A DNA stretch of 62,922 nt, the filler included, from Octopus bimaculoides (lineage: Eukaryota): the NCBI RefSeq assembly GCF_001194135.2. It is 5 parts of 5 records of this genome, joined end to end, with 100 filler letters (N's around TTAATTAATTAA, not from the genome) between each part and the next. Parts side by side here need not be neighbours in the genome. Positions count along the whole stretch, not along the records: positions 36,716 to 60,437 come from NC_068985.1; positions 60,538 to 61,711 come from NW_026431598.1; 3 more parts are not named here. One strand, written 5' to 3'. Below, piece by piece: positions 47,950-61,304 of the stretch. Under the pieces are notes generated by a model, which worked only from the letters and a program-made list of their open reading frames with translations, made no database searches and had not been told where the DNA came from. A program made the translations under genes and the position numbers. The stretch's first letter is position 1. Every line of letters starts with the position of its first letter.

Positions 47950-50900
47950 NNNNNNNNNNNNNNNNNNNNNNNNNNNNNNNNNNNNNNNNNNNNNNNNNNN
48001 NNNNNNNNNNNNNNNNNNNNNNNNNNNNNNNNNNNNNNNNNNNNNNNNNNNNNNNNNNNNNNNNNNNNNNNNNNNNNNNNNNNNNNNNNNNNNNNNNNNN
48101 NNNNNNNNNNNNNNNNNNNNNNNNNNNNNNNNNNNNNNNNNNNNNNNNNNNNNNNNNNNNNNNNNNNNNNNNNNNNNNNNNNNNNNNNNNNNNNNNNNNN
48201 NNNNNNNNNNNNNNNNNNNNNNNNNNNNNNNNNNNNNNNNNNNNNNTTTGTCTTGAGGTAAGAGCGGAAATCTGCAGTACGAGCGCACAGATCGTCCCAT
48301 TTTAAGGTAATTCAATTAATAATATTTCTTTTGCATTCTCTTTTTTATAATTGTTATTTTACTTCTACCTACACCTTTTCTGTTTTAAAACCCATAAAAC
48401 ATTATTTTTAAGTGGTTTTGGTGAGCTGAAACGGGTTAATTATATTTTAGTTAATTTCAATGGAGAAAATTGATTTGTAAAACGAGTTGATCCTAAGATG
48501 AGCTCGGTCATAGACCGAATTTAAGTCTTACTGCGAGGTATTACTGTATATGGATGGATTTGTTTATGTATATTGTAATTATTAAAGCCCGCACATAAAG
48601 ACAATATGGATACTTAAGAGAGTTGATCTTAAAACAAAGAATGAAAGTGATGAACAGAGTTATGCTGTTCTTTAATCTACTAATCAAACGTTTTTCTTAA
48701 CAAATAACTTTCATAATTTGAATGGAATTAAAACATGCATCGATATGTATGTCAATTGTTGACCTCCAGGGTAAATGATTGCATTGTGTATGTATGTGCG
48801 TGTGTGTCTGTGTGTGTGTCTGTGTGTGTGTCAGTTTGTGTCAGTGTGTGTCAGTGTGTGCATGTGTCTGTGTTTGATTATATAAACTGCGTATACTGAC
48901 TCTACGTTCTAAATAGAAATTTCACAGAAGTCACCTTTCCCTATTATCGCCTTCTACATTGATTTAATTATTACCCTTCATGTTAATGGGGTTAGAGTAT
49001 ATAAAAAGTTCTGCCGCAAAGAATGTATAAGAGGTTAGATAAAAAAAAACACAACTTGATATAAACACTTGATTATTCACTGGTTGATAAATATGGAATG
49101 GAGATTTCTATCTCACAGTGGCCCTTAATAATACTTTTAAACATACAAAGTTTTACGATTAATGTAATTTTCCAGAAATCAATTAATTCTTCTACACATC
49201 CGCTTTCCAACTCGTATCCCTTCATGTAGATACATTCATTTCATGGAACGTGAATAGTCCATAGACATGCCCCTCGCCTACAAATATATCTACTTAAATT
49301 TCTAGTGTTTGTGTTTAGCTCAAGGTCAAACATCATAAAGCAGATCTACGACGAAAATTATCCGAGCACTAATCATAACTCACTGGTTTTAGATATACTG
49401 TAACTAGGAACACAATATCCATTTGATATTTCTTTTGAAAGACTGTAGCATGTGGTTTGAGATATATACGATCGTTATGTCTCGCACGTTCAGCGAACAT
49501 ACAGATATTCACTCATTAGTTACAAAACATGAATAAATGTTGTAGAATCGCACACAAACAACTAAGAATATAAGACTAAATCAAATATGTATAACTTCGT
49601 CTAATTTCCCGAGAGACACTGAGACTCGGAACAATTCTTGGAATACTGATAAAGAATTCTCAAGATAAGGAATATGAAATTATAAATCATACAGCATAGC
49701 CGATTATCCTTGACTTTTTCTTAAACTTCCATGATATATAACATATTTTTTATTATCCAAAATAAAACTAATGGAGCTAAGAGAAGACTACATATATTAC
49801 TCTTGTGTGAGTTGAAAGCCTAAATGAATATGATTAACTTTAAATATTTACATCACAATAGCAAATATTAAGTTGTTCTTTCATAAGTACAATCCTTGTA
49901 CACACTATGCCATGACATATAAGCGTACTGTTACCACTAATGTACGTTACTTAAACACATCTAGGAGCCATGAAACTAATGTTATTGCTAACACTGACAT
50001 GGTTGGACGACAGAATAACTTGTGCCAGACAAAAATGTATTTCAGTAATTAGATCTGCTGCTTTTATTTTATGTATTGTTGTTATGGTATAATTTACTCT
50101 TCCTTCATCTGTTGTCGACAAGTACCAGCAACCTTTTGGGTTAATATAGTCAGGTGTTCTGTACTCTCTAGCCTGTCTTTTTATGAAGAAATGAACAGTA
50201 ACTAACATTCTAATAAAGAATTTGTAGGAAACATGAGAATATACGTATACAAAGGACAACAATCCGTGTAAATATTCTACTCGGCTTCCACTTCGGATGT
50301 TATATATTTCATATACAGCTGCATAAGCTTCATGAATGTTTAAGAAGTATTCCGAATGTTTTATAGATATATCATCTATGTTCTGATCCTCAGAAATTCG
50401 TACATAAAGAATTTACTTCCTGCATATGCCTTTTCCTCCAGTCATCAAATAGCATGTGTTCCAATTACACGTCGATCGATCTCACTATTCTAAAGAAAGT
50501 CTCAGAAGTGACCAAAAATCATGAACACGTTCATTTCCTTGTAACTAAAAAAAAAAAAATGAAAAAAAGGTAATATGCTCGATAGTCGTTTCAGTGATAT
50601 TTAAGGGAAGTCAGTATCCCTATTTTAATGCCACAATATTGAGTTATGCATTGGAAGATTTTGTGGAAACAATTTCAAATAACTAGTATGTTTCAGCGCT
50701 CTGAAACAGTGATTTTCTCATTAACGAAGATAAACAAATAAATACTAAGATTTTCTTTTATTTTCGCTACTATATAATTGATATCTTATATTTCAATTAC
50801 GCATTAATTTTATTTGACGATGCAATCAAATAAATAATTGTAATTAGAGCAAGAAAAATTATACTTCTACTACTACAAATATATAGTCATATATATATAT

Positions 50901-51636
50901 ATATTCACTCAGTACCAACACCAATTCTAAAGACTGCACCGCTAAGACAAATGCTATCAAAACATCACAGCAAACTATATCCTTATGAGAAATATTTGTA
51001 TGAATATATCACCAATGACTGCCCGCTTTCAGAAGAATATTTTTTGTGTTCGCNNNNNNNNNNATATATATATATACATGTACATACGTATATATATATA
51101 TATATGTATATATATATACTGTTCCTATTGTCACTCCGTTAAAAGTGTTTCATTGTTGTAGCGCACTATAACTTTTAAATGACTTTGCATATACAGATAT
51201 TTATAGACATGCTCTTCCAGAATATTTTCAGAGACAGAAAAAGATGTTATCAATTATCAATCGAATTAGTCCCAAACTTTTCTTGAGAATCCATAAATGA
51301 TGAGTGCACTCTTGTTTTTGTACAGTGACATTTATAACAGCACGTTACTAAGTGCTGAAATAAATCACGTGTGACCGACTTCCAAGCATAACGCATTTTT
51401 GACAGTTAATCATATTAAAATTTGTTAGTGCGTTGTTTGTATTTACTTCAGGACTGAAAATATTGTGGATGATTGCTTGTTATCTATTCACAAACAAATT
51501 AAGTTAGGAGGCGCTGCGTTTACATCTATCTGGTGCATTCAGCTTTAGCCTTGTCGATTATGTACGACAATAAAAACACATGCACAAATACCTATATTAT
51601 ATGGGTTCAAACTAATAGTAACGCACTCGTATATAT

Positions 51637-51707
<71 letters not shown>

Positions 51708-52081
51708 GATGGTTTTGTTACGCAGGGTCGATTTTTACAAATCTGTAAATAATAATAATAGTATTTTCTAAGCTTAAGGCGATCACCGCGCAATGTCTAA
51801 AGAAAAAAAGTCAAATAATGGGGCATATAAGCCCTCGACAGAAAAAAGTAGGCTTTCTCGTACGCGCGAGATTCGAACACACACCTCTTTGTTTAGGTGA
51901 CTAAGTGTGCTGCCGTTACACCAACGCTCCAACCTGCTTCTTTGCGTCAGATTCAAGAACTATAATTATTTCGTAGTTGTTTTTGTAAACAAACTCCTAT
52001 GTGCTTTTCACTGCGATGGTTTTGTTAAGCAGCGTCAATTTTACAATTCTGTAAATAATAATAATAGCATTTTATAAGCTT
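51708..52081 (-). mobile_element. tRNA-like unit bracketed by ~67-bp direct repeats
   Basis: Repeats at 51708-51775 and 52015-52081; minus-strand tRNA-like head at 51930-51860 (TGGTGTAACGG, GTTCGAATC) followed by T6. Confidence 0.6.
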
Positions 52082-52120
52082 GTATATGGGCGGCTTATTA
52101 GGAACTCAACAAAATTATAG

Positions 52121-52440
52121 ACGTCACTAAAGTGACAGAAGGTACAGAGTAGTACTAGTATTGCTAGAAATAAGAGTCACAACAACTCAGTAGCCACAGA
52201 TAGCACTATTTTAATGGACTGACAAGGGAGAGAAGATCCCTACAACAGCGGATATAGCCAGAGCACTGGTGATTACGAATTTTGATGCTTGAGCATCATA
52301 ATACTCATCAATCTCTCTTACCGCACCTAAGGGTGAACTCAATTCACCTTGTCAGATTATAAGATATTTGTTGAAATCAATCGCTGATTTCAAAAATGCC
52401 AAAACTGAAAACTACAAATAATATAAATATCGTCTAGAAT
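52121..52440 (+). repeat. Diverged copy of the ~350-bp unit at 56665-57091
   Basis: GTCACTAAAGTGA...CAGTATTGCTA..AGAGTCA...CTTGTCAG.TTAT.AGATAT...TTTCAAAAA...AAATAATAT is shared. Confidence 0.65.
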
Positions 52441-54704
52441 AACCATCACTTGGGTCTATGTTGGCTTGTTAAGATTTTAGATTTAGCATTATAATTTGAA
52501 GGTAAACGTACTAGCAACCACCTCCCCTAACGGTTGTCTCCGCTTATCTGTTAGTTATTTACTGTCGTACGGTTGCTAGTATTTATGTTAGGATGGTGTA
52601 TAATGACAAAAGTGGCATTGCGTCACTTAGGACATAGACTGCTCCTCCCACTTTTTATTTAATGTTTTACTTTTTTATTTATATCTACCCCTATAACTGT
52701 CTTAGCTTGCCCTTGGTTTTACATTTAACTAACCAACTATAGAGATGGCTGGACTTTGATGCATTCCATTACGAACAACCCGGTAGTTGGTCTTTAGAAT
52801 ATATCAGTAAGTACACTATTGTTACAACTTTACGGGTTTGTTTTTGGATAACTGTTGATTAGTGATATTCACGAAATCATAAGTACCATTCTTTTTCTAG
52901 GCTTCTTGGCGAATCCTGTTATACTTAAGTACTGGTTTTATTTTCTTATTATTTATACACCCTGCTTCCTCTAATGAAATATTAACCCAGCAACTATTTT
53001 TCTAGTTTATTTGCTAGTTTACTCATTTACTCATCGACTTCAAGCTTTACACTGCAAGATTGTACGATTCTAATTTATTAAGCCTTCTTTCCTCATCTCG
53101 AGGCCCTGTTCTTTCCTATTCCCTCTTCTCTTCCTTTATTTTATGTATTTGAATTCACTCTGATGAAGTTCCATGTACTAGATCGGATGTGCTATAACGA
53201 TGGCAAATATCATTCTCATAATTTTCTTTAGAGGCATCAACTGACATTGGTAAACGGCTGTAAGTAATGTTACAGTCTTGTATCAAAAAATAATTAAGCG
53301 AAGGTAATCAATTTGTACGTTTTCTCCATTTTCTGCTTAAACTATATATACACATATATATACATATATATNNNNNNNNNNNNNNNNNNNNNNNNNNNNN
53401 NNNNNNNNNNNNNNNNNNNNNNNNNNNNNNNNNNNNNNNNNNNNNNNNNNNNNNNNNNNNNNNNNNNNNNNNNNNNNNNNNNNNNNNNNNNNNNNNNNNN
53501 NNNNNNNNNNNNNNNNNNNNNNNNNNNNNNNNNNNNNNNNNNNNNNNNNNNNNNNNNNNNNNNNNNNNNNNNNNNNNNNNNNNNNNNNNNNNNNNNNNNN
53601 NNNNNNNNNNNNNNNNNNNNNNNNNNNNNNNNNNNNNNNNNNNNNNNNNNNNNNNNNNNNNNNNNNNNNNNNNNNNNNNNNNNNNNNNNNNNNNNNNNNN
53701 NNNNNNNNNNNNNNNNNNNNNNNNNNNNNNNNNNNNNNNNNNNNNNNNNNNNNNNNNNNNNNNNNNNNNNNNNNNNNNNNNNNNNNNNNNNNNNNNNNNN
53801 NNNNNNNNNNNNNNNNNNNNNNNNNNNNNNNNNNNNNNNNNNNNNNNNNNNNNNNNNNNNNNNNNNNNNNNNNNNNNNNNNNNNNNNNNNNNNNNNNNNN
53901 NNNNNNNNNNNNNNNNNNNNNNNNNNNNNNNNNNNNNNNNNNNNNNNNNNNNNNNNNNNNNNNNNNNNNNNNNNNNNNNNNNNNNNNNNNNNNNNNNNNN
54001 NNNNNNNNNNNNNNNNNNNNNNNNNNNNNNNNNNNNNNNNNNNNNNNNNNNNNNNNNNNNNNNNNNNNNNNNNNNNNNNNNNNNNNNNNNNNNNNNNNNN
54101 NNNNNNNNNNNNNNNNNNNNNNNNNNNNNNNNNNNNNNNNNNNNNNNNNNNNNNNNNNNNNNNNNNNNNNNNNNNNNNNNNNNNNNNNNNNNNNNNNNNN
54201 NNNNNNNNNNNNNNNNNNNNNNNNNTATATATATATATATATATATTTATGTATGTATTTATATCTATGTACATGATATGTGGAGTTTAGGTCAAGATAA
54301 CCCAAACAAATAGGTATGCGTTCTGAGTGCCCCAATAGGAAACTAACCAAAATTCCAGTCAGAATAGCGGCAATAGTTGTGGTTGTGTGGAAAACTTGTT
54401 CGAAATAGACCTGTAGTTGGTGGCTTACATTTGAGTATGTAGGTATCGGTTAAAGTAGTGAGGAAGGCAGACAATTAAACAAGGCATGACTATGGCGTTT
54501 AAATTCATTTAATTCAATCTAAAATAGTAACATAATAAAAAACAAACTAGTGAATATAACAGATATATGTATGTATGCAAATATAGACGTTTAGATGCAT
54601 GCATATAGACACTCACACACGCGCATACATGTGTGTGTGTGTTTGTGTGTGTATGTGTTTGCGTGTGTGAGTGTATGGAGTGGGTATGTGGGTGTGCGAG
54701 TTCG

Positions 54705-54965
54705 TATGGTATTGTGGTTAGGGCGTTACATTCACAATCACTAGATCGTAGGTTCGACACCGGTAGCAAGCGATGTGTTGTATTCTTGAGTAAGGCACTT
54801 TATTTCATGCTACTCTAGTCCACTCATCTGTAAATGGGTAACCCCTGTGATGAGGGAAAATGTTGGCCAAGCCAGCGATGTGTCATCATTTGAAAGCTAA
54901 AATGATGCAAAGCGCATTGTGACAAGCGATGTATAATAACATCCGATATTCTGATCTATCACTTG
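54705..54965 (+). mobile_element. CORE-SINE with an alternative 3' region
   Basis: GTGGTTAGGGCG...GGTTCGACACC; GTATTCTTGAGTAAGGCACTTTATTTCATG...CATCTGTAAATGGG. Confidence 0.7.
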
Positions 54966-56664
54966 ATCGAACCGACAATATATATGTATGTATTTATATA
55001 CATATGTGTGTGTGTTTATGTATGTATATACATGTATATGTATATATACGTATGTATGTATTTGTGTGTGTGTGTTTATATATATATACATATATATGTA
55101 TATATACATACATATATATATATAAGTATATATATATGTTGCACTAGAATATATGCTTATTTATATAAGTTACATAAACAAGCGCAATAGCTGATACATT
55201 ATCACGTATATGTTTGCCTCTATCACATTTATGTATACACCACTACAAGTACGTACAAACGCTGATGTATTTCTTGAATCACACCCGCATATACCTGTGT
55301 GTGTGTTTGTGTATATGTGTGCGTGTGTCTGCGTATATAGTTACATATATAGATATATGTAACTTTGTGTGCGTATTTATATTGTTACGTACACATCAAT
55401 TTTAGCTTCCCTTTCAAAGTTAATATTTTTAATAGTTTTGTAGCTTTGGAAGCAATTCATCTTCATTTTTATATCGTATCACACGTTAGGTTTAAGTCTA
55501 TAATGAAATATTTTTATCATCACCGATGTAATGTAAATACAAACATATATATTAAAAAAATATTCAGTAAGTGAAGTATAACGATGAAAGTGTATAAATT
55601 TATAAACTCATTCATTGATTTTTTATTTGTTAAGGATTGTGTGCATGCAAGCAGAAAACTACATAAGTAGATAAAATGTTATAACCATTAATAAACAGAG
55701 AAGATAGAAAATGGAGAAGAATAAAACAAGACAAATAAAAACAGAAAGAAGAAAGCGAAAGTGAAAGCAATAAACCGTAAAAAGAAGAAAAGAAAATCAG
55801 AAATTTAACACTGCCTTTGAGGGTAAATAATTAAGATTGATCAAAAGATTAGAATTATACATACATACATATATAGACATAGATATACATACTCACATAC
55901 AAATATATGTATATGTTTACACACATATATTTATATATGTATGTACGTAGATATAGATACACCCACAAACACATGCCTTATACTCACACACACGCATATA
56001 TAAACATATATATATATATATATATATNNNNNNNNNNAGGAGGGTTAAAAACCAAAGTGATAATGAAAATAGTTAACTTAATATTGTTGGTTCTTTATTG
56101 TTTATTTTATTTAATACTTTTTTGCTTGTGTGAACAAAATATATATAATTTAAGCTAATTAAATCAATGATTTGTTTATTTTTAAATTATGTTTAATTTG
56201 GGAATATTATTACTGTAAAAGCTCATTAATTAGTAATTTATTACTGTTGCAATTTTTATCTTTCTATTTACGTTTTGTTTAGATTTAATGTTTGCTACAT
56301 TTTTTGTAACATGGCCACTCGTGCTACTAGAAACTACAGTTGATTTACCATCGACTGACACTCTCCATCGAAAATTAAAATGTAGATGTTCCTCACTACA
56401 AAATCCTTGCTTAAATCTAGGCTTATATGATCAGGTCTGACTTAGGGCTAAATAACAAAGATTATAGCAACAACCCGTCTACTGATTATCAGAAACATAT
56501 CGTTGAGGTTGACGAGGAAAAAAGGCCGGTGAATCACCATTTCACAAGTCTGTTATACACAACGCGCTTATCTATCTATCTATCTATCTATCTATATATC
56601 TATCTATCTATCGATCTATACATACATACATACATACATACATACATAAATATATATAACGTAG

Positions 56665-57091
56665 GTAGCTAATTCGCGATTTTTCAACCTAAAGGCAGAA
56701 ATATACATGTCACTAAAGTGAACAAGGGCAGTAATCAGCACCAGTATTGCTAAAAGTGAGAGTCAAAGCAACGCATTAGCCAACAAAGGCACCTTCTTAA
56801 TTAGCTGGCAAGAGAGACAAGCTCCCTATGGTCGCAAATATAGCCAGATCTTCAATGATTTTGCGTTTTGCCGCTTAATGCATCTTAACTCTCATCAGTG
56901 GATCTCACTGCGCGTTGTCTTAAATTCATCTCGCCTTGTCAGCTTATGAGATATCTGTTGCGATCATACGCTTATTTCAAAAACGGTAAAAGTGAAAATT
57001 ATAAATAATATGGGTGGCTAATTCGCAGTTTTACAACCTAAACGCAGGAGTATATACGTCACTAAACTGAACAAGGACACTAATCACCACG
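56665..57091 (+). repeat. ~350-bp unit with ~80-bp terminal redundancy
   Basis: GCTAATTCGC..TTTT.CAACCTAAA.GCAG...GTCACTAAA.TGAACAAGG..C.TAATCA at ~56665 and ~57014. Confidence 0.7.
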
Positions 57092-57340
57092 TCGCATATT
57101 ATACAATATCGTGGAATTGTTGATTGATGATATTGTGTCTACCGGCGATTTTTACTATTTGTCAAGTCACAACAAGCACCTCTATTATACCTCCCCACTT
57201 TGGGGGACTTTATTGTATAATTGTTAAAAGTCATTGTTATTTTATTGTTTACTCGATTTTTGAGTTATATCCCAGACGTCCCCAGTTTTGTATTGTCCTA
57301 TCCGTTGTGCGTTCGGCCCCTGTGACCAATAAAGAATCGA

Positions 57341-59772
57341 TTATTATCATTATTTATTGCCTTTGCCCAACTTCTAACGCTGGAGATGTAATACGGTGTC
57401 GGCTGTTCATAACCAGCGAACTAAGGTAACATTCCTTATTTTTCGAGCACCATCCGGAGTATTCGAGCGGTTCCAAGCAGTGCTGTTTTCTGCAAGTGAT
57501 CCACCCTTATTGCAGACCCTATTTGTTCCACGTACTTCTCATGATTTTTACTCACTGTTCCCAGGGCTCCGACAATTATTGGTACTACTACCACCTTTTT
57601 CACCGACCGCAACTGCTTAATCTCCCAAGGTAACCTGTCATATCTATCGACTTTTCTTTCTTCCTTATCGCATATCTTGTTGTCAGCTAGGCATGTTATA
57701 TCTATGATCTAGCATCGTTTGTTTCTTTTTCAATTTTGTCTGGATTACTATTCTCTATCTCATGGTCCCACTGAATCATAAAATCTCGTAGGATATTTGC
57801 ATTATCATTTTCGATGATGCCTTCGGGTTTATGTTCATACCAAATTTTTGCTCTGTCAAGTCCATACTTGTTGCAAAGTGTTCAATGGACAACCCCTTTT
57901 ATATTGTCATGATGTCTCTTATATTCTTTCTGTGCGTACATTCTAGTGGCGTATATTGGCTGGTAATATGCCATATGGTTTCACCACTTTGTCCACAAAG
58001 TCTTCACTTATCACTTTCTGCTTTTGTCTACAAAGTCTTCACTTTGTCCACAACGTCATCACTTACCACTGTCTACTCTTGGGCAGCAAACACTATAGTT
58101 TCCGTTTCCGCTTTTTAATCACTTTTAGTCATCCATAGACATACTTTTTCTCTGTCTGTTTTATCTGCAACATCTCTATGAAATTGTACCTGCATTCTTT
58201 TCTGTATTCACCTATTTTCAGTTCCATTCATTCTCAACTCATTGTACAGTGCTCTATCTTTGGAATATTCCATCCTACACAAGCCTGACCGTCTTCCGTC
58301 CAATAATAGTAGTTTTTGTGGAATTTTTACCTGCCCCGCTATATTGTTTTCTTCTGCTCCAATGTTGTGTTCGCGTCTAATCAATCCTCTTCCCCTTCAT
58401 TTGCTTGCTACATACAATCTTCCTGTGTCAAATTTTGGATGATGTATCTCATATCTTACAACTTCTGTGTATCTTTTCTCTATGCGTTTACTTCGTCTAC
58501 TGTCCATGCGATTACCCCTGCTCCATATCTAAGGAATTAAACTGCCAAGGTTCTGATAGCTTCAATCTTATTCCGTCCGCTTAATTTCAACTTAAGGATC
58601 AGTCTCAGACTGCGCAAGTACTCCACCTTAATTTTTTCTGGCATTTGTTTCTCTATCAATTTATCCATTTCCAATATCCCCAAGTACTTATAGCCCGTCT
58701 CTTCTATCTTCTTCACAACCTCACCTGATGGTATCGCTAGCCCGGCTATACATTTGATTTTGCCTCTCTTCAGCACCATACTTTTTCAGTCAGAACTCCA
58801 TTCTGATATCAGCACTGAAAGTATACACCGTATAAACGAGGGCACTGACTTCGGATTCATCTTTACCATAAAGTTTGAGGTCATCCTGAGAATCAGTGTT
58901 AGTGGTATCATGCACAGTACAAAGAACAGTGATGACACGCAGCCTTCTTGGAACACGGAACATGCCTCTTCTGATTTCTATTGACCCTAAACTTCTTCCA
59001 TATGCGTCAGTTCCGTCCTCCACTTCACCATATTATCTCCAAGCAATAGTACACCATTCGATGTGACAGCAAATATTTTCATAATCCATGAATGCGGGAT
59101 CATATCGTACGCCTTACGATAATCAATCCATGACATGGCTAACTTAGGTTTCGTCTTCTTACAGTCTCTAAGTACAGTTTTGTCTATCAGGAGTTGATCC
59201 TGGGTACCTCTGCACTTACGCTTCAAATCCTGCTCCTCATGTTGCAGAAATCCATTTTCCTCCAGTTGTCCGTACATTGACTCTGCAACTATTCCAGTTA
59301 ATAATTTCCACATAAGAGCCAAACAGGATATCGGCCTGTAATTGTCTACCGTATTACCTTTTTCGATATTTTTCAAGCACAGCACTTTCCTACCTATTGT
59401 CAACCACTCTGGTGTTACTTGGTCAGCATTTAACAAGGTGTTAAATTGTGCAGCTATTCGTGCATGTCATACACCAAATCTTTTGATCCAGCAGCCTTGA
59501 ACTCCATATAGTCTCGGGGCCTTCCACTTGCCCATTTGTTTGCTGATTTCCTTCACTCCCCTAACTGAAATTACTAGTTGTATTTGTGTGGGGAAGATTA
59601 CTGTTTGTTTCAGTTCTTGCAACCGTTCAACGTTCTTCTTGGTGCACTTTGTCTTTGCTCCAGATGCCAATCCAAAACCTTTGACTTTCAATGCTATCTG
59701 GTATCAAATTTTCGTCTATACACTCTCCATTTATTTCTTTGTAGAATCAACTTTGAATAACCTATTCTGATG
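57341..59772 (-). mobile_element. 5'-truncated R4/Dong-clade non-LTR retrotransposon (RT, CCHC and RLE), decayed
   Basis: KWKAPRLYGVQGCWIK; PEWLTIG...NYRPISCLALMWKLLT; GTQDQLLID...WIDYRKAYDMIPHSWI; DDLKLYGK; YKYLGI; ETETIVFAAQE; relic CCHC; IIDITC; VVVPIIVGALG...QKTALLGTARILRMVLEK* (stop 57436-57438); TAA-type tail at ~57341. Confidence 0.9.
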
Positions 59773-59844
59773 GAGAAGACGGCCAGAAGTACCATCGTAG
59801 ACAGATGTGTGTCGCTAAAGACGAAGAAAATGTTCAAATCGCCT

Positions 59845-60182
59845 CCCTCCTGTAGTCATTGCCAGGTTTTATTCCAATCAATGTCATCTTTATTCTTCAA
59901 GAACTGACTGCATTTTCTTGTCCTGCTAAATTTTCTTCATCAGCTCTCTCTGGTCTTTCTTAAATTGTGTTGGATCTACAGCTTCGTTCACTGTTAAGGT
60001 TCCCTGCATTTTCACTGCTTCAACCATTTCTTCTCGACTCCTCTTGACATACGAAGCCAGGCTATTCTCCTCTTCCCTTACACAACCTTCACAACACACC
60101 AATCACTGTCCTCCTTCGCTCCTCTTTGCATACAACCTTGATACATGATTCTTGGGGTGTAGTTCCTTGTTCATTGTCATTA
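59845..60182 (-). mobile_element. Second R4/Dong-like fragment (post-RT region, different subfamily)
   Basis: IMTMNKELHPKNHVSRLYAKRSEGG..LVCCEGCVREEENSLASYV...KTWQ*LQEGGDL; starts at the (AAT)n tract. Confidence 0.7.
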
Positions 60183-60195
60183 TTATTATTATTAT

Positions 60196-60361
60196 TTTAT
60201 GTTTGACTTTTGTTTTGCATTTGTACAAGTTGGATCCAAGTCTCACCCAGAGACCTCAAGAGACAACAAGTTAGAAGTTCATGTAGGTGTTATGCCTAGG
60301 GTACCATATATTTGGATTTGTACAGTTTTGTTCAAGTGAATGTTTAAGAAACCATAAGAAA

Positions 60362-60365
<4 letters not shown>
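60196..60365 (-). mobile_element. 3'-UTR-only copy of the young R4/Dong family, inside (TAA)n
   Basis: No mismatch seen by eye versus 36860-37035; (TTA)n tracts on both sides. Confidence 0.9.
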
Positions 60366-60437
<72 letters not shown>

Positions 60438-60537
60438 NNNNNNNNNNNNNNNNNNNNNNNNNNNNNNNNNNNNNNNNNNNNTTAATTAATTAANNNNNNN
60501 NNNNNNNNNNNNNNNNNNNNNNNNNNNNNNNNNNNNN
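60438..60537. other. Assembly spacer (44 N + TTAATTAATTAA + 44 N)
   Basis: Same structure as 22322. Confidence 0.9.
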
Positions 60538-61304
60538 CACAGCTTCTAAATTACGCTGATTGTTATTTGACGGTAAATGAGACTCGTTTCCATTAGCTAG
60601 TTTGTATGAAATAGCAACAGCTGTTGGATAGGAAGTAACCATAATGCAAAATATCGAGTAGTAGTTTTCTTTGCTTTTGTTAGAAATTTTCATGTGTTGT
60701 TAGATCGATGATACATTGTCTTCTTGTTGCTAAAAGAGCAATAGTTGTTGATGTAGAATTGTGTGAAAGAGCTGTTTTCTTTGTTATATTCTTCAAATTA
60801 TACATAACCAGAAACGCACTTCCCCAATTAATGAAATGCAATAGTTTTGAAAATGGAACATGTATACAAAATAAATGAGGTATACAAAGAATTAGAAACA
60901 TTCATCCATTTTTGGGATCATTCTTCCATGTTGATGAAATATAAACTGAACCGCTTACGCTATACTTGAAGCTTGCTCTTCAAGAATACTATTTTGCACA
61001 AAATATAGACATCCATGTCGGAATACAGAACAAGTACAGAGTGAATAAGGAACGAATGCGAATGCACTTCTTTTTTTTCTGATAAATGAGTTTTGCATTA
61101 TATGAACGACTAGAAACCTAATTTTATTAGAAGAGCAATTCATTTTATTCTAAATGGAGTGTTTGTTTTTTCCATTTATTTTTTACGACTTGGTGCAAGT
61201 CCTGAAGCAAGCTGAGCATTGACGATCCGTGTTGACTTTTAATGCATAGGCCTACGACAACCAACTTAGCTGATCTAGATCTAAAACCGACAGAGACAAA
61301 AATA

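Noticed and set aside
48247-48310. CpG-rich stretch with two GT donors as a first exon
   Set aside because: The upstream sequence is lost in an N gap and only 60 bp are visible, which cannot support a call.
53160-53200. CTGATGAAG hammerhead start
   Set aside because: No downstream GAAA or closing stem.
56850-56925. Possible minus-strand hammerhead in the 350-bp unit (CTGATGAG...CAAAACGC)
   Set aside because: It needs five or more substitutions, and the second copy also has CAAAA instead of CGAAA and lacks the first core C.
60490-61143. Three hydrophobic minus-strand ORFs suggesting a GPCR or chemoreceptor
   Set aside because: They lie in different frames with several stops, and no diagnostic motif or splice pattern was found.
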